From: Candidatus Omnitrophota bacterium
GTDB lineage: Bacteria > Omnitrophota > Gorgyraeia > Gygaellales > UBA12090
Assembly: GCA_030674475.1 (NCBI GenBank)
Contig: JAUSCZ010000042.1
Span: 11,139-75,138 of the forward strand
DNA length: 64,000 bases
Direction of reading: 5' to 3'
Within the stretch, counting starts at the first letter, position 1. Each line of letters starts with the position of its first letter. This document shows, one piece after another, positions 10,373 through 20,545 of this stretch. The notes under the pieces are model-generated. The model did not search any database and was not told the origin of the DNA. It saw nothing but the letters and a program-made list of their open reading frames with translations. Both the position numbers and the translations under genes were made by a program.

Positions 10373-11386
10373 TTATTTCTTGACCGGGGTTTTCTCTTTT
10401 AGGAAGTAGTTTTTGTCTTTCTTGATATTTTGGATAGCATGCTCCGGGACTTTAAACACCTGATTTTCCGGAGTGATCTTCACGTAATAGGCCTTTTCTT
10501 TTTCTAGATAATTTCCCACCTCAATAGCAAGAGTCTTTTTCTCATCGCTTTCAAGCGCAAGGTTGAAATTATCTTGTCCAAAGCCGTAATCAGTAAGGCT
10601 GGGGTTAAGCGCGTCCTGGGCAAAGATATTTGAGGCATTTTGCAGGAAGCTGTCTATTTTGCCTGAGTCAATTTCAACTTTTTTCACCGCCGGTTCAAAA
10701 TCCCAATTATATTTAGCATCGAATTCCTTCTTTTTGACCAGGGTGAATAGGTTTTTACCCTTTCGCGATGTTTCTATTTTTTCTATTTTTTTAGGGTCAA
10801 AAGAAAGCAGTTTAAAATCAGTGAAATAGTTATTGTCTAATTTTGCCTCTTTATTATAGATATTAAGCCGGCCCGGGATGTCCTTTAGGGTGAGAATAAT
10901 CTTCTCTGAATCTTTAAGCCTGAGGAAGCTGCTGTCCCAGCCAGGTTTATCAGGAGACACAATGATATGGGCTAAAGTTTTCGCGTCCTGGGCCTCTAAG
11001 ATGATATGGATGCCTTGAGTATCTTCCAGGTAAAAATCTCCGAATACCGATTTTGATTCCGCGCGCAGTTCCCCTTTTAAGCCGGATAAATCCTTGAGCA
11101 GGTTTTCCACATTTTCCTTCCTGGCCCTGACATTGAACTTATTTTCTATCCTCCAGTTGTCGGTGTCGTCTTTTAGCAGGATAATTTTATTCTTTTCATC
11201 GTCGCCTCTGTAAATGGTTATTTTCCGGATAAATCCTGCTGCCAAATCTTGCGTCAAAGTAAACGGCCGGGAAGCCGCGATTTCTTCCTGAACAAGCTGT
11301 TTCTTGGTAACGTTGTTTTTGATCAAGGCCAGAGCCGTAAGAAGCGATACTATGGCTACGAGGATAATAAGTTTTTTTAATTTCAT
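10373..11386 (-). CDS. DUF4340-like exported protein
   Basis: N-terminal anchor, two repeated beta-rich domains; usual position after Gld-like ABC genes. Confidence 0.7.
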   Translation of the reverse strand: MKLKKLIILVAIVSLLTALALIKNNVTKKQLVQEEIAASRPFTLTQDLAAGFIRKITIYRGDDEKNKIILLKDDTDNWRIENKFNVRARKENVENLLKDLSGLKGELRAESKSVFGDFYLEDTQGIHIILEAQDAKTLAHIIVSPDKPGWDSSFLRLKDSEKIILTLKDIPGRLNIYNKEAKLDNNYFTDFKLLSFDPKKIEKIETSRKGKNLFTLVKKKEFDAKYNWDFEPAVKKVEIDSGKIDSFLQNASNIFAQDALNPSLTDYGFGQDNFNLALESDEKKTLAIEVGNYLEKEKAYYVKITPENQVFKVPEHAIQNIKKDKNYFLKEKTPVKK

Positions 11387-13863
11387 TTCGCGTTCCCCAG
11401 CAGATAAAATTGTTTTTCTTTCCCGCGCAAAAACAGGCGCAGCGATCCATAAAAAACCAATAAAATCGGCACCAGGAATATCGCGATGAATTTATACCAG
11501 GCCTTCTGAGGGTTAGTCAATTTCTTCAGCTCGCGGCTGGTGAGGGTGTTGGAGCGGATTTGGATAATATCGGTCCCCAGGGTAAGGCCGTCAACGATAT
11601 TGGCAAAGAGATTAAGGTTCCCCGCGCCGCTTATAAGCTGGTCGGTAAACATCTTGGAACAGCCGACGATAATTAGCTTGCCGGGTTTAGGAGTAAGCGC
11701 GGGGACTGCCTCCTGATTTTGGGCGGGAGTTTGAGTATCCTGGTTTGGCCACTGGGGAATAGATTGAAAGGTATCGCTGAAATTCCCTTCTAACATTACG
11801 GCTAAGGGAAACGCGCCTTCGGGATTGCTTTTAGGAAAGGTTAAGAGCTCTTTTTTTAGATTGGAGCCGTCGGATGGCGCCTTCCAGCTTCTTTTGCTTG
11901 AGCTAAACATCAGGGTTTCTTTTAGATTCGCGGTTTTTAAGGCGTCTTCAGATATTTCCAGGGCTGAGCCCCACATAAAAAAAAGCGACGGCAGGCGGTT
12001 CATCAGAGGCATATCTGGACGCATCATTTCAGTGGTTACTAATATCTGATTAGGCACCTTGATCGGCATAGATAAGGCGAAGGGGCCGACCCGCTGGCCG
12101 GTGGTAACTTCAATTATCTGACTGCTTTCATCCATCAGCATTTCATCGTTAATCTTGACTCCCCATTTTTGAATCAGCCGGTTGATATCTAAATCCGCCT
12201 TTTTAGGGCTGATCTCTATCCCTTGAGTGCCTCCGCTTTGAAACGCGTATTCAAGGCCCTGGGCAGCGATCAGGGCCGCGCCTCCCTGAGCCAGGAATTT
12301 GTTGATTTCATAAAGCTGTCTGTCGTTGAGCTTCCCGGGGTTAAGGATTAACAGGGTGTTCAGGTCGCCGGTAATCGGGTCGTCTTTAGTCAGGCCGATT
12401 CGTTTCACGTTGTAGCCGTTATTACGCATCAGGGGGATAACGGTTTTATATTCATCCTCGTAGCGGCTTTCGGACTCTGTCATCCCTTGAATGAGGCGGT
12501 TTATTTCCGGGTTTAGTCCCTCGTTTTTAAGAGGAGAGAAAAGGGCGATATTGGGTTTTTTCTCCCGGGTTAATTTAGCGATTCTGGAGAGTATGAGATA
12601 CTCCAGGTCAGGGATGTCCCGGGGAGTGAGCCGGGGGAGGATCTCTTCATTTTTTTCTTTATAGGCGATGGTGATGGCCGAGTAAATCAGCTTGAGGCCA
12701 ACCTCGTCCTTATCAATGCTTTCTACCTGGAAAGGAAGCACACCTTTGTCCTGGAGTTTTTTCTCTAATGAGCCGGTTGTGTCTGAAGATTCTCCCGGGT
12801 TCTGATTTTGCTCTATCAGGTTTGAGGCTTCAATATGAAAGATTTTGTAATTAAGCTTATTATTAGAGATGATTTTCAGTTCCTCGAGCTTCCCGGAAAT
12901 ATCCTGCTCTATGGTTTTAAGCGCGGTGGGCATTTTGTCCTGAGGGCTGATGTAGAGGCTCAGGGAAACCGGCACCTTCAGCTCCCGGAGCATCTTCCGG
13001 GAAACTAAAGAGGTGGTATAGATTTTAGTCTCAGTAATATCAAATCTTCCTAAGCGCAGGTCGTGGATCAGCCAGTTAAAGATGATGAGGCCGATAATAG
13101 ACACAATTACGCTCAAGCTAAATACCGCTTTGGCCTTGGGCCTGAGCCTGCCCTCAAAATAAAAGCCATTGAGGATGAGGAATACGGATATTGCCGCGGT
13201 AAAATAGAGGATGTCCTTAATGCTGATAACGCCCTTGCTGAAGCTGATTGTATGGCTGGCGGTGCCTATATAATTTTTGATAAATGTTCCCAGTCCGCCA
13301 ATCCAGCCGTCAATAAAGGCGGCAAAAAAGTCTGTGCCTAAGAAGAAAAAAAGAAAACAACTTAAGGTGGTCAGCACAAAGGCGACAATCTGCTCTTTGG
13401 TGAGTCCGGAAATGAATATTCCTATAGCAAGGAAAAGCGCTCCGGTAAGAAACGAGCCTAGATAGCCGCCGATAATTGCTCCGCTATCGGGTGAGCCGGC
13501 GGCAGATAAAATTATCGGGATGGTTATGGTGCTTAAAAGGGCCAGAGAATAAAATATCAGGCTGGCTAAGAATTTCCCCAAAACTAACTCCCGCGGCTTC
13601 ATCGGAAAGGTCATCAGGAGCTCAAAGGTATTTTCTTTCTTATCCTCGGCCCACAGCCGCATAGTAACGGCCGGGATAAAAACAAAGAGGATGGTGGGCA
13701 GGCTGTCAAAATAAAGCCGCATATCGGCCCTTCCCAGAAGAAAAAAGCGGGTCATAAATAATCCGTTATTGATGGCCAGGAATACAATCAGGTAGATATA
13801 GGCGATACCAGAGTTAAAATATGAGCTAAGTTCCCTTTTAAGAATAGTCCAGATGTTTCTCAT
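11383..13863 (-). CDS. GldF-like ABC permease fused to GldG-like periplasmic domain
   Basis: ELSSYFNS, PAVTMRLWAED, GKFLA, RFDITETKIYT, NLNLFANIVD, C-terminal TM. Confidence 0.85.
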   Translation of the reverse strand: MRNIWTILKRELSSYFNSGIAYIYLIVFLAINNGLFMTRFFLLGRADMRLYFDSLPTILFVFIPAVTMRLWAEDKKENTFELLMTFPMKPRELVLGKFLASLIFYSLALLSTITIPIILSAAGSPDSGAIIGGYLGSFLTGALFLAIGIFISGLTKEQIVAFVLTTLSCFLFFFLGTDFFAAFIDGWIGGLGTFIKNYIGTASHTISFSKGVISIKDILYFTAAISVFLILNGFYFEGRLRPKAKAVFSLSVIVSIIGLIIFNWLIHDLRLGRFDITETKIYTTSLVSRKMLRELKVPVSLSLYISPQDKMPTALKTIEQDISGKLEELKIISNNKLNYKIFHIEASNLIEQNQNPGESSDTTGSLEKKLQDKGVLPFQVESIDKDEVGLKLIYSAITIAYKEKNEEILPRLTPRDIPDLEYLILSRIAKLTREKKPNIALFSPLKNEGLNPEINRLIQGMTESESRYEDEYKTVIPLMRNNGYNVKRIGLTKDDPITGDLNTLLILNPGKLNDRQLYEINKFLAQGGAALIAAQGLEYAFQSGGTQGIEISPKKADLDINRLIQKWGVKINDEMLMDESSQIIEVTTGQRVGPFALSMPIKVPNQILVTTEMMRPDMPLMNRLPSLFFMWGSALEISEDALKTANLKETLMFSSSKRSWKAPSDGSNLKKELLTFPKSNPEGAFPLAVMLEGNFSDTFQSIPQWPNQDTQTPAQNQEAVPALTPKPGKLIIVGCSKMFTDQLISGAGNLNLFANIVDGLTLGTDIIQIRSNTLTSRELKKLTNPQKAWYKFIAIFLVPILLVFYGSLRLFLRGKEKQFYLLGNAK

Positions 13864-14807
13864 GATTGTTTTGGTTCTGTTTTTTTAAAAAGCCCCAGGA
13901 AAACTTCCTCCAGAGAAGGCTCTTGAGGGGAGAGTTCTTTTAGGATCCAGTTTTTTTCTTTAACCACCTGATTAATTGCCCGGAGGAATTCTTCGCCGGA
14001 CTTTGCCCGGCATTGAAATCTTACCGTATGCAAAGCCTCTTCAATAAAACTGAAGCTTTCCAGCGCGGCTATTGTTTTAAACGCGGATTCTATTTCCTGG
14101 CGATTTGCCTGGATGGAGACCAGGAAGTTATTATTTACGCTTTTGCCTTTTTTTAGCTCATTCGTGGTGCCCTGGGCAATAATCTGTCCCTGGTCAATTA
14201 TCAAGAGCCGGTCAGCCACCGCCGATGCCTCTTGCAGGATGTGGGTGGAGAAGATTATGGTCTTTTCCCGGGCTAAGTCCCGGATGAGTTTACGGATGCC
14301 GATAATCTGCATTGGGTCAAGCCCGGAGGTGGGTTCATCCAGGATTACTACCTGGGGGTCATGGATAAGGGCCTGAGCTAAGCCTACTCTTTGCCGGTAG
14401 CCTAAAGATAATTCAAAAATCGTATGCTTATAGACTTTGCGGATTTGGGTGGCTTCGATTACCCATTCTTTCCTTTCTTTAAGTTTTGTTGAGGAAAGGC
14501 CCCGCGCGCGCCCCACGAAATCCAGGTATTCGTCTACCCGCATATCTATGTAGAGAGGAGGGTTTTCCGGAAGATAGCCAAGCATCCTTCTTGCCGCCAG
14601 GGGGTTTTCGGTGATATCGTAGCCGCAGATTGAGGCTGTTCCTTTGCTGGGGTAGATAAAGGTGGTCAGGACGCGCATCAAGGTGGTCTTGCCCGCGCCG
14701 TTAGGGCCAAGCAAACCGATGACTTCTTTTTCGTTGGCCCGGAAAGAAACATTGTCTAGGGCGCGGGTGGCGCCGTAATACATAGTAAGATTTTTGGCTT
14801 CTATCAT
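13860..14807 (-). CDS. ABC transporter ATP-binding protein (GldA-like)
   Basis: GPNGAGKTT, LSLGYRQRVGLA, ILDEPTSGLD, STH. Confidence 0.9.
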   Translation of the reverse strand: MIEAKNLTMYYGATRALDNVSFRANEKEVIGLLGPNGAGKTTLMRVLTTFIYPSKGTASICGYDITENPLAARRMLGYLPENPPLYIDMRVDEYLDFVGRARGLSSTKLKERKEWVIEATQIRKVYKHTIFELSLGYRQRVGLAQALIHDPQVVILDEPTSGLDPMQIIGIRKLIRDLAREKTIIFSTHILQEASAVADRLLIIDQGQIIAQGTTNELKKGKSVNNNFLVSIQANRQEIESAFKTIAALESFSFIEEALHTVRFQCRAKSGEEFLRAINQVVKEKNWILKELSPQEPSLEEVFLGLFKKTEPKQS

Positions 14808-14886
14808 TAGAAAATCAAGAATAGTTTATAGTGTATGGTTTATAGTTTATAGCTAAAAAATAAAACCATAAGTTATCAGCTAATTT

Positions 14887-15732
14887 TTACGCTGTTATTT
14901 TTTGAATATACTCTTTAACTTCTTGAATAGTTTTATCCGGAGTGGAGGCCCCGGCAGTGATTCCCACGGATTCTACACCTTTAAACCAATCTTTCTTAAT
15001 ATCAGCGCTGGATTTTACCCAGTAAGAGTTCCGGTTAATGGATTTAGCGATTTCATAGAGCCTTTTAGTGTTCGCGCTGGTTTTTGAGCCGATAACTACG
15101 ATACAGTCATTTTTCTTAGGCAGGGTTTTTATTTCATCCTGCTTTAGGCGGGTGGGGGAGCAGATGGTGTTGTGAAATTCTAAGTCCGGGACACGCTTTT
15201 TTAGAATGCCCTGCATTTTTAGTACTTTTTCTAAATTTTGAGTAGACTGCACTACTACTGCCAGTTTCTTTAAGTTTGGGGATATTTTTTTCTCAATATC
15301 CGCGATATTCTCTAAGACGATCGCCTTGTGTTGGATTTGGCCGACGATGCCCTGGACCTCGTCGTGATTGTAGTCTCCGATAACCGCGATTCGGTATCCT
15401 TTTTCGTCCATATCCCTGGCCACCTTATGGATTTCTTTGACCATTGGGCAGGTAGCATCTATTACCTCTAATCCTAAGCTGTCCGCCTTTTCTATTGTTT
15501 TCCGGGCGCTGCCGTGGGCGCGGATGAGCAGGGATGAGCCGCTTTGTATTCGGGAGATGTTTTTTATCTTTTTTATCCCGGCGGATTCAATATCCCTGAC
15601 CACATTTTCGTTATGGACTATATCACCCAGCATATACACCGGCTCTTTTTTCTTTGAGCTTACCCTGGCAATATCAATCGCCCGCTTTACCCCAAAACAA
15701 AACCCCGCGTTTTTGGCCACCGTGATTTTCAT
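14887..15732 (-). CDS. ispH: 4-hydroxy-3-methylbut-2-enyl diphosphate reductase
   Basis: GFCFGVKRA, DATCP, NTIC, SANT, GITAGASTP; start placed at MKITVA (15732). Confidence 0.95.
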   Translation of the reverse strand: MKITVAKNAGFCFGVKRAIDIARVSSKKKEPVYMLGDIVHNENVVRDIESAGIKKIKNISRIQSGSSLLIRAHGSARKTIEKADSLGLEVIDATCPMVKEIHKVARDMDEKGYRIAVIGDYNHDEVQGIVGQIQHKAIVLENIADIEKKISPNLKKLAVVVQSTQNLEKVLKMQGILKKRVPDLEFHNTICSPTRLKQDEIKTLPKKNDCIVVIGSKTSANTKRLYEIAKSINRNSYWVKSSADIKKDWFKGVESVGITAGASTPDKTIQEVKEYIQKITA

Positions 15733-15739
15733 AACTTTT

Positions 15740-15790
15740 ATCATAGCAAGTAATTATTTCATTGGCAATAGCTAAAATAAATGTTATAAT
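15740..15790. promoter_or_regulatory. Back-to-back sigma70 promoters with overlapping -35 boxes
   Basis: Plus: TTGGCA 15762-67, 17 bp, TATAAT 15785-90 with TG extension. Minus: TTGCCA 15768-63, 17 bp, TATGAT 15745-40. Confidence 0.65.
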
Positions 15791-15797
15791 TTTACTA

Positions 15798-16274
15798 ATG
15801 GTAAAGAAAACTGTTGCTGATTCCGCGGCGATTTTATCCGAGGTAATGATGCCCCTGCACGCCAATCATTACGGCAGTGTGCACGGCGGGACGATTTTAA
15901 AGCTGGTTGATGAAGCGGCGTTCGTAGCCGCGACTAAACACGCCCGCAAGAATGTAGTTGTGGCCTCCATGGATAATATTGAATTCAAGCATCCGGTGGG
16001 CGTAGGGGATGTGTTGACCCTCAGGGCTTCGGTCTATCATGTGGGCCGGACCTCCATGGATGTGGAAGTGGAGATTGAAACGGAAAAGATTAAACAGGGA
16101 AAGATTCTTAAGGTGGGTTCGGCTTATTTAACTATGGTGGCCATGGACAAGAAAGGAAAGCCCGCGGAAGTTCCCCGCTTGATTCTTAAGACCAAAGAGG
16201 AAGTTGAAAAGAATAAGCAAATAAAGTTAAAAAGGCAAGAGCGGCTCGCGCGTTTTTCGAGAAATTATAAGTAG
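15798..16274 (+). CDS. Acyl-CoA thioesterase (hotdog fold, YciA-like)
   Basis: HANHYGSVHGG..LVDEAA, VGRTSMDV; start placed at ATG 15798. Confidence 0.9.
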   Translation: MVKKTVADSAAILSEVMMPLHANHYGSVHGGTILKLVDEAAFVAATKHARKNVVVASMDNIEFKHPVGVGDVLTLRASVYHVGRTSMDVEVEIETEKIKQGKILKVGSAYLTMVAMDKKGKPAEVPRLILKTKEEVEKNKQIKLKRQERLARFSRNYK

Positions 16275-16298
16275 AGACGCGAAATCTCGCGTCTCTAC
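16271..16298. repeat. GTAG-type REP palindrome
   Basis: GTAGAGACGCGAAATCTCGCGTCTCTAC; its TAG is the thioesterase stop codon. Confidence 0.7.
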
Positions 16299-16299
16299 T

Positions 16300-17805
16300 T
16301 TGTTAAAATTTAACTTCCAGATGGAGCATTGGAAAAAAATAAGCTTTTTGCCGCGGAAGGAATTAAGAGAACTCCAGAATAGATTACTCCGCGATTTTAT
16401 TTCCCGCCAGCTATATCCCTTTAGCCCTTATTACCGCAAGTTATTTGACCAGCATAAGATCAAGCCCCGCTACATCCAGACCGTTGAAGACTTAAAACTC
16501 ATTCCCTTTACCAAAAAAGAGGATTTTTTGCCTTCGGATGACTTTCCTAACCGCTTCCGGGATTTTATTCTTCAGCCGGATGAGGCCTTGATTAAGAAAT
16601 ACTGGCCAAAGAATAAGCTGGTGTATCTGGCCTTACTTAAAATTTTAAAAGGCCAGGAAGAGGTCAAAGAGCGTCTAAGTAAAGAATACCGCCCTATTTT
16701 TCTTACCGCCACCACCGGCACCACCAAACAGCCGGTTTCTTTTTTGTATACCAAGTTCGATATTGATAATTTGTATATTTCAGGATACCGTCTGCTGGAT
16801 GTCTTTGGGGTTCGGCAGGATTCCCGGGCAGTGAATCTTTTTCCTTATGCCCCGCATCTGGCCTTCTGGCAGACGGTCTTCGCGGCTTTTTCCCATAATG
16901 TCTTTATGCTCTCTACCGGAGGGGGCAAGGTGATGGGCACCCAGGGAAATATTGAGGCCATCTTAAAGGTTAAGCCGGATATTGTGATTGGGGTTCCGGG
17001 TTATCTTTATCATCTGGTGCGTTCGGCTAAGCAGATGAATAAAGACTTTAGTTTTATTAAAAAAGTGATCTTGGGGGCCTCCGCGGTTCCTCCGGGATTT
17101 AAGGAAAAGTTAAGCGGTATGCTCGGGGAGATGGGGGCTAATGGCGTCCAGGTATTCGGCACCTACGGTTTTACCGAGGCCAAATGCGCCTGGGGAGAAT
17201 GTCCCACGGATATCGGGGTTTCCAGCGGTTATCATACCTATCCGGATAAAGAGATATTTGAGGTGATTGACCCGGATACCGGCGAGACCAAAGGCGAGGG
17301 TGAAGACGGAGAGTTGGTGTATACCAGCATTGACTGCCGGGGCAGCGCTGTCCTGCGCTATCGCACCGGAGACTTGGTCAAGGGGGGGATAGCGTATTCT
17401 CCCTGTCCTTATTGCCGGCGCAGCGCCCCTCGCGTATCCAGCCATATCTACCGGGCCTCTAATATCAAAAACTTCCAGCTTTCCAAGGTTAAGGGCACCC
17501 TGGTAAACTTGAATACCTTTGGGGCAATCTTAGAGGCCGAGAAGGATATTGAGGAGTGGCAGGTGGAGATCAGAAAGAAGGATAACGACCCCTACGAGGT
17601 TGACGAATTGCTGTTGTATCTAAGCCTGAGCGCCGCTGTCGACCCGCAAAATCTAAAGAAAAGCCTCTGCGATAAAATCCTCTCCTTAACCGAGATAACC
17701 CCCAATGAGATAATCATCCTGCCGCACGATGAGATGCTCAAGCAGGTAGAGATGGAAATCTCCCATAAGGTAAAACGGTTTGTGGACAAAAGACCAGGGA
17801 CCTAA
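16300..17805 (+). CDS. Adenylate-forming CoA ligase (phenylacetate-CoA ligase/PaaK-like)
   Basis: TATTGTTKQP, YGFTE, LRYRTGD; start may be ATG 16321. Confidence 0.8.
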   Translation: MLKFNFQMEHWKKISFLPRKELRELQNRLLRDFISRQLYPFSPYYRKLFDQHKIKPRYIQTVEDLKLIPFTKKEDFLPSDDFPNRFRDFILQPDEALIKKYWPKNKLVYLALLKILKGQEEVKERLSKEYRPIFLTATTGTTKQPVSFLYTKFDIDNLYISGYRLLDVFGVRQDSRAVNLFPYAPHLAFWQTVFAAFSHNVFMLSTGGGKVMGTQGNIEAILKVKPDIVIGVPGYLYHLVRSAKQMNKDFSFIKKVILGASAVPPGFKEKLSGMLGEMGANGVQVFGTYGFTEAKCAWGECPTDIGVSSGYHTYPDKEIFEVIDPDTGETKGEGEDGELVYTSIDCRGSAVLRYRTGDLVKGGIAYSPCPYCRRSAPRVSSHIYRASNIKNFQLSKVKGTLVNLNTFGAILEAEKDIEEWQVEIRKKDNDPYEVDELLLYLSLSAAVDPQNLKKSLCDKILSLTEITPNEIIILPHDEMLKQVEMEISHKVKRFVDKRPGT

Positions 17806-17876
17806 GAAGAGAAGTAAGGGGTCAGACCCGGACACTAGACATTAATGAGATAACCTATTAGCCGAGGTAGAAAAAT

Positions 17877-19127
17877 ATGTCAAGGATAGCCATAGTTGAG
17901 GGGATAAGGACGCCTTTTGTTAAGGCCTGGACGGATTTTGGGGATATTCCGGCCCAGGAATTGGGGCGGATAGCGGTTAGAGAGTTGTTGGAGAGGACCA
18001 GTTTAGAGCCGAAGTTAGTGGATGAGGTAATCTTCGGTTCAGTAGCCAATCCTCCGGAGGCGGCTAATATCGCTCGGGTGATTTCCCTGCTTGCGGGGAT
18101 ACCGAAAGAAAAACGGGCTTATACCGTTTCCCGTAACTGCGCCTCGGGTTTTGAGGCGGTTACCAGCGCGGTGGAAAAGATTTTGACCGGGATGGATGAG
18201 GTGGTGATTGCCGGCGGGGCGGAGTCAATGTCCAATATCCCGATGTTTTATCCTCCCCAAACCGCCAAGCTATTCTTGAAACTGGCTAAAGCCAGGAATC
18301 CTTTAGAAAGAATTTCTCTATTCTGGGAATTGCTTAAACCCAGTCGTCTGCTAAAGCCGGTGATTGGCCTGCAATTAGGCCTGACTGACCCGGTCTGCGG
18401 CCTGAATATGGGCCAGACTGCCGAGATACTGGCTAAGGAATACGGGATAACCCGCAAAGAGCAGGATGAGTTCGCCTTAGTCAGCCATAATCGGGCGCTG
18501 AGCGCCAGGGAAAGGCTGAAAGAGGAGATTGTCCCGGTTTTTGTCCCTCCGAAATACGAAAAGACAGTTACCGATGATAACGGGGTGAGGGAGAAGATTA
18601 CTTTAGAAGATTTAGCCAAACTTAAACCTTATTTTGACCGCTATTCGGGAACCGTAACCGTAGGCAATGCCTGTCAGGTTACTGACGGGGCCTGCGCTTT
18701 GTTACTGATGAAGGAAGAAAAGGCCAAAGAATTGGGTTTTACGCCTTTAGGATTCATCCGCTCCTATGCCTATTGTGGCGTTGAGCCCAGCAAAATGGGC
18801 ATCGGCCCGGCCTTTGCCGTCCCGGAAGTCTTAAAGAAAGCCAGCCTGAAATTAAGCGATATAGAGTTATTAGAGATCAACGAGGCCTTTGCCGCTCAGG
18901 TAATTGCCTGCGAGAGGCATTTGGAGGCCGCTAATATAGGAAAGCTCAATCGCGAGATACTTAATGTCAACGGGGGAGCCATTGCCCTGGGCCACCCGGT
19001 AGGGGTTACCGGCAGCCGCTTGATTCTGACTCTGCTTAAGGAAATGCAGCGCCGGAACCAGCATTTAGGCCTGGCCTCGCTCTGCGTAGGCGGCGGTCAA
19101 GGCGCGGCAGTGATTGTGGAGCGTTAA
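17877..19127 (+). CDS. fadI: Acetyl-CoA C-acyltransferase (thiolase, FadI/FadA-like)
   Basis: NCASG, NEAFA, GHPVG, SLCVGGGQG. Confidence 0.9.
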   Translation: MSRIAIVEGIRTPFVKAWTDFGDIPAQELGRIAVRELLERTSLEPKLVDEVIFGSVANPPEAANIARVISLLAGIPKEKRAYTVSRNCASGFEAVTSAVEKILTGMDEVVIAGGAESMSNIPMFYPPQTAKLFLKLAKARNPLERISLFWELLKPSRLLKPVIGLQLGLTDPVCGLNMGQTAEILAKEYGITRKEQDEFALVSHNRALSARERLKEEIVPVFVPPKYEKTVTDDNGVREKITLEDLAKLKPYFDRYSGTVTVGNACQVTDGACALLLMKEEKAKELGFTPLGFIRSYAYCGVEPSKMGIGPAFAVPEVLKKASLKLSDIELLEINEAFAAQVIACERHLEAANIGKLNREILNVNGGAIALGHPVGVTGSRLILTLLKEMQRRNQHLGLASLCVGGGQGAAVIVER

Positions 19128-19160
19128 TGTATATGTTATAATTTAAGCGGAGGTGAGATT

Positions 19161-19379
19161 ATGAAAGTAGCGGATATTCCTAAGATTTCTCGTTTAAGTA
19201 CGGCAGAGAAAATTTTATTCGTTGAGGATGTGTGGGATTCTATCGCTTCTAAAGAGCGTATTCCTATGCCTGAATCGCACAAGGCTGAACTGGACCGGCG
19301 ATCAGCAAAATATCAAAACCATGGCGGACGATTGCTCTCTTTAAAAGAACTGCAAGCGCGGATAGAAAAAAGAAAATAA
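19161..19379 (+). CDS. Addiction-module antitoxin (TIGR02574-like)
   Basis: 72 aa, LSTAEKILFVEDVWDSI...ELDRR; GGAGG RBS; directly precedes RelE/ParE toxin. Confidence 0.85.
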   Translation: MKVADIPKISRLSTAEKILFVEDVWDSIASKERIPMPESHKAELDRRSAKYQNHGGRLLSLKELQARIEKRK

Positions 19380-19380
19380 T

Positions 19381-19692
19381 ATGCGATATTTGTTGTCATT
19401 TTTGCCCGAAGTTGAAGAAGACACTGTTTCCGCGTATATTTGGTATGAAGAAAAATCCAAAGGTTTGGGCGAGGAATTCTTAAGAGCCTTTTATGCCAGT
19501 GCCGCGGAAATAGCCCGAACCCCCAATCTTTATCCCAAGATCTATAAAAACTTTCATCGTAAGCTACTTAAGCGATTCCCTTATGTTGTCTATTTTCTTA
19601 TTGAGAGTGGATCCGTTATAGTTTACGGCTTGTTCCATTGCGCCCGGAATCCGTATTCAATACAAGGAAAGATTGATGATAGGCCTTCTTAA
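19381..19692 (+). CDS. RelE/ParE family toxin
   Basis: WYEEKSKGLGEEF, RFPYVVYF, FHCARNP. Confidence 0.85.
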   Translation: MRYLLSFLPEVEEDTVSAYIWYEEKSKGLGEEFLRAFYASAAEIARTPNLYPKIYKNFHRKLLKRFPYVVYFLIESGSVIVYGLFHCARNPYSIQGKIDDRPS

Positions 19693-19724
19693 TTACGCAA
19701 AAGAGATAAGGATGAGAGTTGACC

Positions 19725-19791
19725 TATAGCTAGTCGTGGTGATGATCGTAACTAAGGGGTTAATTTCAAGTTTCAAGGCCTGACCCCTAAA
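19725..19791 (+). mobile_element. Right half of RAYT-derived miniature element
   Basis: 67 bp, 3 mismatches to 20652-20718; ends in TTCAAGTTTCAAGGCCTGACCCCT. Confidence 0.7.
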
Positions 19792-20029
19792 GTTCCCTGC
19801 TTTAATTAACTCTCAAACCCAACAAGCAATTGCACAAGAACAGGCTAATCAAGCAACCTTAAATAGAATACACGATATTTATCAAAGAAGCGCTGAAAGA
19901 CAACAGCAAAATATACAAACCTTTCAACAGAATATTGCTGATTGGAACGCTAACTGGTAAAAGAGCCATAATCAAGTAGGAACAAGATGGAATCCTATGC
20001 ACGTTACTGTCAATGATAAGAAAGAATGA
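19790..20029 (+). pseudogene. 5'-truncated Gln-rich gene fragment with internal stop
   Basis: Frame reads LINSQTQQAIAQEQANQ...WNANW*KSHNQ...KKE*; no start, abuts the repeat. Confidence 0.4.
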
Positions 20030-20135
20030 TAAGTTTAAAGGTGGAAAAGCAGATGTTTCTTATAAAATATGCATATGAATAAAAATAAACGGTTGTCATG
20101 CCTGTTTTTAAATTTTAGACGAAAGAGGCAAGGAT

Positions 20136-20450
20136 ATGGGAATGTCAGATAAAACACACGAAATTATAAATAAATTATATGTATTTGTAGATACCGGTAA
20201 TAAAAAACTGATAGAAAAGTATACATTAGAAGAAATGATCCAGGTGAAGTGTCACTATAAACCATATAACTCGAAGTTGCCAGACTTAACTCCAATCATA
20301 GATAATAGAATAAACGAACTTAAAGAGATTAATCTCGCAAAAAGGAAGAAAAGAGAAAAATGGTTAGATAGATTATTTGGTTTTATTTCTGGTATGGCAG
20401 TTACTTTAGCGAGCGTTTATTTAAAAGGTTGTTTGAAATTAGAAAAGTAA
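20136..20450 (+). CDS. Hypothetical protein with C-terminal hydrophobic segment
   Basis: AT-rich 104 aa ORF with plausible RBS; no recognised motif. Confidence 0.55.
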   Translation: MGMSDKTHEIINKLYVFVDTGNKKLIEKYTLEEMIQVKCHYKPYNSKLPDLTPIIDNRINELKEINLAKRKKREKWLDRLFGFISGMAVTLASVYLKGCLKLEK

Positions 20451-20545
20451 AATGAATAAGAAGCAATTAATAGTCGTTTGGGTTGTGGGTGGAGTTATGG
20501 CAAGGAGGCGGAAATGAGAAAAGTATTTGCTTTATTCAGAGAAAA

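Noticed and set aside
10373-14807. Gld-like genes as evidence of gliding motility
   Set aside because: This ABC/GldG/DUF4340 trio is widespread, and no motor or T9SS genes are in the window.
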